64,000 nt of DNA from Chrysomallon squamiferum (lineage: Eukaryota; Animalia; Mollusca), in contig CM022665.1 in NCBI GenBank assembly GCA_012295275.1, positions 43,400,001-43,464,000 on the forward strand, given 5' to 3'. Position 1 is the first letter of the stretch, and every line of letters begins with the position of its first letter. A model generated the notes under the pieces. The model was not told where the DNA came from, searched no databases, and was given only the letters and a program-made list of their open reading frames with translations. Shown here one piece after another: positions 54,090-64,000 of this stretch. The translations under genes were made by a program, and so were the position numbers.

Positions 54090-54471
54090 TTGTCTGTGAT
54101 TTTTTTTTCACTCTTTGCTGAAAGCTGTAACAACATGTTAATGTCATTCAACCTTTAATGGATCATTTACTTTCCCCCCTCCTTGCACTCCTGGAATTTT
54201 TTAATTTTCCATAAAGATGGCTCGGCCATGAAGAAGAGTATTTAAAAAAAATAAAAAATAAATAATAATAATAATAATAAAGAGTGAGGTTAAAGTGTTG
54301 TTGTTGTAGTTGTCGTTGTTGAAATATTTTATGGTTTGATGGGTGTAATATGAAGCTGTTTATGAAAAAATGCCATCACACATGTTGTGCCATTTGTAAA
54401 TTTTTATGTTGTAAGAGGGGAAAAAAAGATCTCTTAGGAGTAATACTGTTTGTTATTGGTTTTTTTAATTC

Positions 54472-54523
<52 letters not shown>

Positions 54524-57500
54524 GGTGGTGGTGGTGGTGGTGGTGGTATTATTGTTTTTAAATTATTCTTATTTATGGGATTTGCTCTGCTGTTGAGAAA
54601 CCACACACACACATATATACCACACACTCATACCACACACACATGCACACACATACAAACAACACATATATATATACGCACAGATACCACACACACACAG
54701 AGAGACAGACACACACACACAGACACAGACACATACACACACACAGACACATACACACAGACACATACACAGACACACATACACAGAACACACAGACAGA
54801 TACAGACACAGACACACAGATACTGAGAAGGTTTGATCCATTTGCCTTTTTCTTGTTAATATTAATAATAATAATAATAAGCAGAAGCAACAGAAGCACT
54901 AGCAGTATTAGTAGTAGTACTAGTAGCATTAGTAGTAGTAATAGTAGTAGTAGTAGTAATAGTATATGTGTTAATAATAATGATAAAAATAGTAAGAATA
55001 ACAATAAAAGAAATGATAAGAGTAATAATAGTAATGGTTGTAGTAATAATAAATATAAAAATAGCAGTGATAATAATTAAATAATTAAAAGACAGAAATG
55101 CAAAAAAAAAAAATATATATATATATATATATGTTATCTCACACTTTCATAACAATTATTCTTTTTTTTTAATTCTTAAAAACAAATTAATTTGTTTTAT
55201 ATGTGCATGTTGCTTCTAATGTTAGTCTGAAAGTTTCACGACAAATCTAAGCCATATTTTATTACTTATTTCCTTGTTTAAGAAAAAAACACCAAAAAAA
55301 AAAAGCCCCAACAAACAATTACATTTATATTTATGGCAAAAACAAAAGCTGGTTATTTTTTTTGTTTGTTTTTTTATAATCTGGTTCGAATTTTAAAATG
55401 TTTACAGCATTAACTATTTAGCTACCACTTAACAGGCTGTGAAAACTTGGTCTCAGTGTATTTACATCTCTGCTCATTGCCTGCAGACCTGCCCTGTTTA
55501 AACAATCCAGCTATCCAGCCTTTGTTTTCTCAAGCAGTTCTCACAAGTATTCCAGCATGTCCAACATTGTAAGATAACCTCTCCTGTTATCATATGTGTA
55601 TGGAGGCTTCTCTAAACCTCTGAATGTTCATGCACATATGTATGGAGGCTTCTTTAAACCAGTGTACATTCACACACATATGAAGACTTTACTCTAAACC
55701 AGTATACATTCACACACAGGTTGAAGACTTACTCTAAACCAGTGTACATTCATACACATACGATGACTTACTCTAAACCAGTATACATTCATACACATAT
55801 GAAGACTTCTCTAAATCAGTATATATTCACAAACATATGAAGACTTTATTCTAAACCAGTATACATTCACACACAGGTTGAAGTCTTACTCTAAACCAGT
55901 ATACATTCACACACATATGAAAACTTTACTCTAAACCAGTGTACATTCACACACAGGTTGAAGACTTTCTCTAAACCAGTATACATTCACAACATATGAA
56001 CACTATGAAGACTTTTACTCTAAACCAGTACATTTCACACATATGAAGACTTTACTCTAAACCAGTGTACATTCACAAACATATGAAGACTTTACTCTAA
56101 ACCAGTATACATTCACACACAGGTTGAAGACTTTACTCTAAACCTGTATACATTCACACACACATGAAGACTTTACTCTAAACCAGTGTACATTCACACA
56201 CAGGTTGAAGACTTTCTCTAAACCAGTGTACATTCACATATAGGTTGAAGATTCATGCACATATGAACACTTACTCTAAACCAGTGTACATTCACACAAC
56301 ATTGAAGACTTTCTCTAAACCAGTGTACATTCACAAACACATGAAGACTAAACCAGTGTACATTCACACACACATTAAGACTTTACTCTAAAACCTGTGC
56401 ACATTCACACACAGGTTGAAGACTTAATCTAAAACCTGTGCACATTTTCACATGGGCCCAGTGTTGTTACACCTGTACCACTTCTCTGCAGCATGTGAAG
56501 ATTTTATTTCACATTCTGTCCTCTCTCTCTCTCTCTCTCTCTCTGAACGCCCCCCAGGCTTTGTTATCATCATCTGCTGCACTTCCCCATTTCATTCTCA
56601 GTCTTCTTGTTGTTTGTTTTTCTGGTGAATAAGAGCTTAGCAGGAATCAGTGGCAAATTACAGCATTTCCCCACTGACACAATGGAAGTCAGATGTTTTC
56701 CCACATTTACCTCTGGTGCTGTTGTCCTTGATGATGTGTGTTGCTACACCACGTGATGGTAAACAGATTTAGTGTTGTGTTGCTGTCCCCTCAGGGCATT
56801 TCTTTCTTTTCTTGTTTTAATTATTATTTGTTTGGGGAGAAGGAGGGTCTGATATTGTTGATGTTTGTCATGTGTGGTGTGTTAATAAGTGAAATGATTC
56901 ACCTGTCAGAGTGAAATACTGCAGATAGGTCACAGTGTGAAGTGTATCTTATAGACTTTTATTTGTTCATTTATTTGTTTGTTTGTTTATTTATTTGTTC
57001 ATTTATTTATTTATTTATGTATTTATTTATTTAATTTTTTTTGTTGTTGTTTATATATGATATGTTTTTGTTAAATTGTATTTTATATAATTTATTTCGT
57101 TTAATTTATGTTTTTGTTAAATTGTATTTTATATAATTTATTTCGTTTAATTTATGTTTTTGTTATCTATTTTATTTTTATTTCTAGTGTGTGTGTGTGT
57201 GTGTGTGTTAAATTTAAAAAAGAAGAAAGAAATAAACAAAAAAAACCCTAAAAAATAACATTTTCTAATAACATCTGAATCCTTGAAAAAATTCTTGAGA
57301 TCTGGTACCTAGGAAGAACACAGACATAAGAAGAATTTTTTATTTATCTATTTCATTACTCTAACCTTTTATTTTATTTAACAATACTATCATGTTCATT
57401 TCACTCTTTTTCCTTAGCTAACACCTTAAATTTCTTCTTCTTCTTCTTCTTTCTTTTTCTTCCACCACACCTTTCTTTTCTTTTCTTTTTCTTTTTTCTT

Positions 57501-57899
57501 CTTCTTTTTTTTTCTTTTACACAAACCTGAAGTTCTAAACACTGCAGCTTATTAGAAGGAAGATGACACCTCCATTAAAACCAGTCTGTCTCCTCTTTCT
57601 TAGAAAAACATCCCCTGCCCTGAACAAACACTGCAGTCCCCACAGCACATTGTCGAGACACACCCCCTCCCTCTCTGATCCTGTATCGGGTGTCACCCCA
57701 GCTATGTGGGGGGGTGAGAGGGTGTGCGTGCCTGTGGGTGGGGGGGGATGTTCTGGGACCTTTTGAGAGTTGTGTAATACACAAATGTGGATTGTTTTCT
57801 TTGGTGTTGTGCTGGGAGGGGAGATATAAAAACTGTTCTCTGTTTAGATGTGATTGTAATCTCCTCTCTCACTGGTTTTGTGTTTTTGCTGTTAAGTGT

Positions 57900-57936
<37 letters not shown>

Positions 57937-58716
57937 TATAGACAGTGGTGGGCTGTTTAATATAGCTGGGTTTTAAAATTATTATTATTATTATAAATTT
58001 TTTTATATATAATTTTATTTATTTATTTAATTTAATTTTTATTTTTGTCTGTTTGGTTGGGTTTCTTTATTGTTGTTTTTTGGGGTTATTTTTTTGCTGA
58101 GTTTTTAAAATTATATCTTTAGTTTTGCTTTTTTCTTCTGTTTTTAAAAACATATATATATTTTTAATACATTTCTTGTATGGTATTTTATAGTGATGAA
58201 ATATAGCTGAGTTTTTATCATCATCATCATTGTCATTGTCATTGTCATGATAATCATCATTTTTATTTTCATCATTATCATCAACATTGTCAGCAAAATC
58301 ATCATCATTATTATTATTATTACTATGATTATCATTATTATTGTTGTTATGTTTTGGGGTTTTGGGATTTAAAAAAAAACAATATTTCAAATTTTACAAA
58401 TTACACCAAAAAGCAAATTTCATCATAAACTTGCTTGAGTCAAAAAACAAATTCCAAACTCGTTTGTTTAAAATCTAACACAAAAACCATGTTTAAATAC
58501 CATAAAACCTGCATTCATTTATTTTGACATTTTCTGTTTCAAATCATGACACTTAATCCAACATGATTTAAGACCTTCCACGTTTTATTATACTCCAGTT
58601 ATCTCTGTCTGTGTTGCTAGTGTGTTTGCTATCTATATTTTTTCATATCAAATCATGAAATTAACTGAAATAACTATTTTCAAAAATCCAACATAAGTTA
58701 GTTAAAACATCCATTT

Positions 58717-58748
<32 letters not shown>

Positions 58749-59503
58749 TGCCCCATATTATCTCTACATCTGTTCTTGCTACATTTTCAATGCACTATGA
58801 TCAGTACAACAATAAACCTCTATTTAAATTTACTAATGTTTTAATTTATTTTTAATTCTTGGACAAACTTTGAGGTGTCAAATGTTGAATCTGTTCCAGT
58901 TTATTGGAATCGTATATCAGGAAAACAGTTTTGAATTTTAATTAAAACTGACTTTGTTATCTACGTTTCAACATGCAGACCAAACTTTGAAATCTTTATA
59001 AGTAAAGCGATAGAAACTTTAGAAAGCTGATAGATTAGTTTTACTAATGCTGCATGTAGATGGATATAATTTGTAAGCTGGTTTTACAGTATTTTCTTCT
59101 GGTTTTTTTATATATATATATATATATACACCCATCTGTGTACGTGTGTGACTCTCTCTCTCTCTCTCTTTTTTTTTTTTTTTTTTTTTTTTGGTAAGAT
59201 ATAATTAATAAAGAGAAAGGCAATACATATTAATGCTCTGTTTAATAATGTTTAATATTTTGATATCTTTTATATATAATAAAATTGTATAGGTTTTGTT
59301 AATAGTTTTTATCCTTAGAGTTAACCTCAAATTTTATCAAATAACACTGAAACACAGTCACACATGCACATTGCACACACAAAACATATTGTCACACAGT
59401 TAATAAATGCACATGTAATATTCAGATAAATAGGAATATTCATTCTTATTCACGTGCATTCATATACACCACCTGTACATTCATTGCTACGGACATCCAC
59501 GCA

Positions 59504-59542
<39 letters not shown>

Positions 59543-60074
59543 TCAGAGATAAGTCAAAACTCAGAATATTTTCTGCTTTGTGAGATGAGCCCAGACAGCC
59601 TATATGTGTGGTAGGACTGTGTAGCTTTTGTTAAAACTTTTTGATTGAATGAGTAAACTGGTTTTTACTGGCTGTTGAAGAAAGAAAAATCCAGATCAGA
59701 TGTGAAAAAGGTCAGATGGATAAGTTCTTTGATGTAACCCTGTGGTATGCACTGTGCTGTTTGTGTGGTAAATACCACCAAGTCGTGTCAGACTGGATCG
59801 AATTTGTGAAAACAAACACTGGGTGATTTGAAACAACAGTGTGTGTTTGTGTGTGTGGACAGACGAACAGAATTTAACATGTGTTGTAACACGTGTGAAA
59901 TAGAAATGTTTGTTTTATATGGGAAAAAGTATTCTGTTGTTTTTATAATGATGATGGTAACGATGATGTAAGATGATGATGATGATGATGATAACAATGA
60001 TGGTGTCAAAAATGATGACAATGATAATAATTATGATGATGGTTATCATAATGACGATGTCAATGATAATAATG

Positions 60075-60113
<39 letters not shown>

Positions 60114-60776
60114 AATTATTAAATAAGAATATATTTTTAATAGAATTTTAAAAAGAGTAATTTATAAAAGGCATTTAAATATAGTTTTAATTTCTGTTAT
60201 AATAAAAGGATCATAATTTCTAAACACAACTTATCCATTTTATTTATTTCAAATTAAATATGACTCCATAATCAGAAAAGACAGAACCACAGTGAAAGTT
60301 ATACTATTAGATAATGTTTCACTGAATGAAAATGAAAATAAATAAAAAGGATATAATTTTGGTTTTTTATTCAAGACGATAAACCCATTGGTTTTTTTTA
60401 ATCTTTTTCACAGATTATTGTTACCAACCAGATAACAACAAGATATGGAAAACAAGAAGGAGCTACAACAGAACAATATGGTATGAAATGTTTTTTAAAT
60501 GTTTTTTTTAAATTAAAATCTTGTTACATTTGTTGTTTGTTTGGTTTTGGGTTGATCCCAGTCAGTGTGAGCTTTTTTTTTTTTTTTTTTTTTCTTTTTT
60601 TTTAATTAATATTATTATCTATCTATTTTTCTATTTTTTTATTTATTATTATTATTTATCTGTCTATCTATTTTTCTATTTATTTATTTTTTTGTCTATC
60701 TATCTGTTTTCTATCAGTCTATCTGTATATTTGTCTGGCTATATATTTATATATTTATTTTATTTTTCTATTTATA

Positions 60777-60825
<49 letters not shown>

Positions 60826-61309
60826 ATATATTTATTTATTTAATTATTTATTATTATTTTTATAATTTTTATTTATTTTATTTATTTATTGATTTATTTA
60901 TTTATTTATTTATCTGAATGTTTGTTTATTATTTATTATTATTATTTATTTATTTTATTTATTTTATTTTTATTTATTTATTGATTTATTTCTTTGTTTA
61001 TTTGTTTGTTTGTTTATTTACATGTCACAGAGAGTACAGACATGACACAGGCAGGTGACAGTGGCTATGTGACAGCTGCTCTGGGCAACACCTGGAGTCA
61101 CAGTGTCAACACTCGTCTCATCCTGCAATACCTGGACGGTGACAGGCGACAGGTAAACGTTACCTACATCAACTGTAATCACTTCCATTTTCACAGTACT
61201 GGGTTAAAAACCTGGCAATAGCTTCTTTCTCAGTCTTGATTTGAATCTTCTTTTCTTTCCTTTTTTATTTTATCTGTATATGTGTGCCTCCACCTCTTTC
61301 TCTAATTTT

Positions 61310-61358
<49 letters not shown>

Positions 61359-61418
61359 AGTCTCCAACTCTCTGTCTGCCTCTCTCTCTGTCTCTATCTC
61401 TCTCTGTCTGTCTCTGTA

Positions 61419-61449
<31 letters not shown>

Positions 61450-61486
61450 GTCTGTCCTTGCTAACTCTCTAACTGTATGTCTGTCT

Positions 61487-61562
<76 letters not shown>

Positions 61563-62270
61563 ATTTTTCTTCTTTGTTTTCTTTCAATGCTTTCTCTTCC
61601 TTAACTCTGATGCTCTCGTTTATCAAATTTTTGTTTTTATTAATATGATTTTCATTTTTATCTAGGTTATGGTTGCCAAGTCACCAATCTCTCCTTTTAC
61701 TGCATTCAACTACACCATTCAAGATAGAGGCATTGTTGAAGATGGTAAATACACATTTTATTTATAAGTGTTTTGTATATATTATTAACATTATAATAAA
61801 ATGTAAAAAGGTTTAGAAATTCTTATATTTTAAAGTGCATTTTGAATAATTTGATCCAAAATATGCTTTTATTAGATTTATTAGATTCATTCATTTTATT
61901 TTTTATTTATTTGTTTGTTTGTTTGTTTTTTATTTATATTTTACTTCCTTTTATTATTATTTTTTAAAATTTAAAATAATTTTTTTTCTTTCTTTCATTC
62001 TTTCTTTCTTTCTTTCTTTATTTTCATAAATTTATTTATTGAGTTATATTGCTAAATTATTATTGTGTGTGTGTTTGTGTGTGTACATATACATTTATAA
62101 AATATATATATATATATATTTAATGTTTACTTATTCTATTATTATTAAATTAATTAATTAATTGTTTAATTATTATTTCAGAGGGTGGGGCCTGTCACTA
62201 CAGAGGGACTGACCCTGGTACTCAGAACATACGAGTCCGCTCTGCTCTACCCATGTCACAGTGTCACTAG
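37325..62270 (+). CDS. RAD51B: DNA repair protein RAD51 homolog 2 (RAD51B), spliced: join(37325..37408,37962..38075,38874..38987,40300..40436,41067..41186,43088..43271,60414..60480,61031..61152,61666..61744,62182..62270), 369 aa
   Basis: Ten GT-AG exons total 1110 nt in one open frame. Walker A GPAGCGKT, YIDTEGAF, Walker B LIIIDS, TNQITT, AALGNTWSHSVNTRLILQYLD and AKSP all match the recalled human RAD51B sequence. Confidence 0.95.
37962..38075 (+). CDS. RAD51B: RAD51B coding exon 2
   Basis: tgtag|DVLSKSFIELLKLTASGYFTVNDLIQKCSEACIPTSET|gtaagt. Confidence 0.88.
38540..38865. repeat. Compound (ATT)n/(ACT)n trinucleotide microsatellite abutting RAD51B exon 3
   Basis: Visible directly. Produces the poly-Leu, poly-Thr and poly-Val ORFs in the track. 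Confidence 0.9.
38874..38987 (+). CDS. RAD51B: RAD51B coding exon 3
   Basis: tacag|ALSLWSKHKEKKNAFLPTSLPELDKVLHGGLIAGTISE|gtac. Confidence 0.9.
38996..39235. repeat. Tandem repeat, 58-bp unit, about 4 copies
   Basis: ACAGCTTCTTCACTTAGATTTTCTGTACATTTTATATTTCTAATACTATTTATACTGT repeated immediately after the exon 3 donor. Confidence 0.85.
40300..40436 (+). CDS. RAD51B: RAD51B coding exon 4 (Walker A)
   Basis: tgcag|IAGPAGCGKTQFCVMLSVQAALPREQGGLEGAVLYIDTEGAFCAE-R|gt. Confidence 0.95.
41067..41186 (+). CDS. RAD51B: RAD51B coding exon 5
   Basis: ctag|LLEIARTKYADYFSDEDKLRGLAEQVYIDVQQTCSGLLK-R|gtaaaa. Confidence 0.9.
41955..42065. repeat. Short degenerate tandem repeat (TTACCTGGTTC...GTAACCATGAC, 3 copies)
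   Basis: TTACCTGGTTC at about 41957, 42004 and 42037. Confidence 0.6.
42400..42988 (-). mobile_element. Tigger/pogo transposon deletion derivative, copy 2, in RAD51B intron 5
   Basis: Terminal TIR TA|CAGTGGTACCTC at 42988. Encodes MDHKKVSAKDSAEKKKRMMSIEIKLEIIEKNKQGVLVDNLVRQYELSTSTLCTILK (psq/CENP-B-type HTH). Confidence 0.88.
43088..43271 (+). CDS. RAD51B: RAD51B coding exon 6 (Walker B)
   Basis: tacag|LQCLEQDIISKKIKLIIIDSIASLVRKEYSTTIGQNLTNRTNFLSQEAAILKYTAEVFSIP|gtaagt. Confidence 0.95.
45820..46490. repeat. Pyrimidine-rich degenerate repeat (CACATCTCACTTTATTTCTCT-like)
   Basis: Repeated ATCTCACTTT motif. Source of the Phe/Ser/His-rich spurious ORFs. Confidence 0.85.
52320..53185. repeat. 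Minisatellite, about 23-bp unit (AACAAGACATTCTCACCCTGTGA), over 30 copies
   Basis: Highly homogeneous tandem units without unique spacers. Confidence 0.95.
55600..56445. repeat. Minisatellite, about 40-bp unit (GAAGACTTTACTCTAAACCAGTGTACATTCACACACAGGTT/ATAT)
   Basis: About 20 tandem units with two alternating variants. Confidence 0.93.
57061..57165. repeat. Exact short tandem duplication (about 46 bp)
   Basis: TATGTTTTTGTTAAATTGTATTTTATATAATTTATTTCGTTTAATT twice, plus the start of a third copy. Confidence 0.85.
60414..60480 (+). CDS. RAD51B: RAD51B coding exon 7
   Basis: cacag|IIVTNQITTRYGKQEGATTEQY-G|gtatga (human VILTNQITT). Confidence 0.9.
61031..61152 (+). CDS. RAD51B: RAD51B coding exon 8
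   Basis: cacag|(E)STDMTQAGDSGYVTAALGNTWSHSVNTRLILQYLDGDRRQ|gtaaac. Confidence 0.93.
61666..61744 (+). CDS. RAD51B: RAD51B coding exon 9
   Basis: ctag|VMVAKSPISPFTAFNYTIQDRGIVED-G|gtaaat. Confidence 0.92.
62182..62270 (+). CDS. RAD51B: RAD51B terminal coding exon 10
   Basis: ttcag|(E)GGACHYRGTDPGTQNIRVRSALPMSQCH*. Phase matches exon 9. Confidence 0.8.
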
Positions 62271-63048
62271 TGAATAGTGACATCAAGTCACTTTACTAAT
62301 GTCACTGAGTACTGGATCCAGAACAGTTAATATTATAATGTAAAAAAAATAAAAAATAAAAAATAAAAAAAGTACATGAAATTTAAATAATTAAATAATA
62401 ATAATAATAATAATAATAAATAATTAAAAAAAGAAGAAAAAAAGATATTTAAATAATTAAATAAATAATAATAACAAAATAAGAGAGAAAGAAGAAAATG
62501 TGACAACATGAAGGTAAATACTTCAAAACCTTGAATATTTTTAATATTAAAAAATAATAATAATAAATAAATAAACAAATAACAACAACAACAATAATAA
62601 TAATAAAAATTAAAACAAAAACAAAAACAACAACAACAATAATAATAAGAGAGAAAAGAAATGATTGTTTCCAATTTTTTTTTTTATCTAAGAAAGTGCT
62701 TATAAAATAAATCTTTCTGCAAACAGAGAAATAGTTTTTAATCTGAAGACAGTGTGTTAGAAGTATTAATGATGTCACAAATAGATGAAACAAATAGAAA
62801 AATTATGTTCAGTTGATAAAACAAAACAAACATACACATACTTCATAAATACCAAATATTTAGTGGATAACTGAACATTAATAATCGTGCTCTGGTATTA
62901 GTTTTAAAAATTATCTGATATCCAAAAACCAATAGCTGACAGTAATAATAAATAATAATAATAATAATTTATGCATTTATTATAAAGCCCTAGATCAAAT
63001 ATTATTTTGTTCTCTGTATACTTGTGGCAGTGGAAAATTATTTACAAG

Positions 63049-63087
<39 letters not shown>

Positions 63088-63296
63088 AAAAATAAAATAT
63101 ATATATATATCATTGCATATCAATGTTTCTAATGGTGGTGTTAAAAGTTTAATCTTTAATTCAGCTTTAAATTCTGTTCACATCTAAATTATCACATGAA
63201 AGACAAAACAGACTTGGGAAGAAAAAACGCGACAGAGAATTAGTTGTTGATACCCAGAAGCTGTCCTACAGCCATTTTGATCTCAAACTTGTGAAA

Positions 63297-63359
63297 ATGA
63301 CAGCAGAAAGAACAGGACCAGGAACATTGACAAATCTACAGGATGCTGTTACACAAATT
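63297..63359 (+). CDS. Possible first coding exon of an unidentified downstream gene
   Basis: Non-repetitive island. AAAATG start reads MTAERTGPGTLTNLQDAVTQI, then a strong GTAAGT donor at 63360. Frame is open from 63171. No homolog recognised. Confidence 0.3.
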
Positions 63360-63962
63360 GTAAGTAATTTATAGAAATCTACTCACTGTCCCTTTCTCTG
63401 TCTCTCTCTCTCTCTGTCTCTGTCTCTCTGTCTGACTCTCCCTAATTATATCACAGTCTCTCACTTTCTTCCCTCTCTCTCTGTCTGCTGAATGTAATGT
63501 GATTCAAACAAATGTTTATGTTTATTTCTATACATATAAATTCTAAATAACATTTCAAATCTGCTCATTTTGAAAACTAAATTTTATTTATTTAATTTTT
63601 TTTTTTTGATGAGCTGCTAATTATACTTAATATTCAATGTGTTATCAGTTTAAAATTTTCTATTTGCATTAATAAATTTGATTTTCTTTCTTTTTTTTTC
63701 ATTTCATTTTTTCTTAAGTTCATTATTTCTTTCAAGTATTTGTATCATTAATATTTGTTAACTCTGCATTCAAATAATCTTATTATACATTATTTCAGAG
63801 CAAAAAAAGATATATATATTTATAGATATATGTGTGTGTGTGTGTGTGTGGATAATTTTAAAAAAAGAATTGATTAAAAAAAGAATAAATAGAAATAATT
63901 TAAAAAAATATATATTTAAAAAACATTACCAAAAGAAAAAAGAAAGAAGAAAAAAAACTATC

Positions 63963-63993
<31 letters not shown>

Positions 63994-64000
63994 CCACAAA

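Noticed and set aside
54350-55080. Overlapping 140-160 aa ORFs with poly-Val/Gly/Pro/Ser tracts
   Set aside because: Concatenated GTT, GGT, CA and AGT microsatellites.
55600-56445. Repeat resembling C2H2 zinc-finger linker DNA (CATTCACAC..AGGT.GAAG, like HTGEK)
   Set aside because: Period is about 40 bp rather than 84 bp, there is no open frame, and Cys/His spacing is absent.

Overview
AT-rich, microsatellite-dense animal genomic DNA. It is most consistent with a mollusc or other lophotrochozoan, which is inferred from gene content and repeat style, not proven. Layout: (1) the first coding exon and promoter of a RalGAP-alpha gene (RALGAPA1/2-like, minus strand) running off the left edge; (2) about 5 kb of degenerate CA-rich satellite containing a Tigger-type MITE, then a decayed hAT transposase and a Tigger fragment; (3) a tandem cluster of five paralogous class A (rhodopsin-like) orphan GPCR genes at 15.9-32.6 kb, each with a single coding exon. 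Three are intact and two have 1-2 nt frameshifts in simple runs. Each has an apparent 5'-UTR intron, and all share a charged pocket (R3.29/E3.32/E7.36/K7.40); (4) a complete RAD51B gene with 10 coding exons (37325-62270, 369 aa by hand splicing) and a 17-kb sixth intron; (5) a possible exon of a further gene near 63.3 kb. The most notable observations are the orphan GPCR cluster between two divergently transcribed housekeeping genes, its candidate promoters, and two copies of one Tigger element that record opposite CpG-decay histories inside and outside the RAD51B gene body. Most ORFs in the supplied track are microsatellite artefacts. All homology calls come from recalled protein motifs, not database searches.
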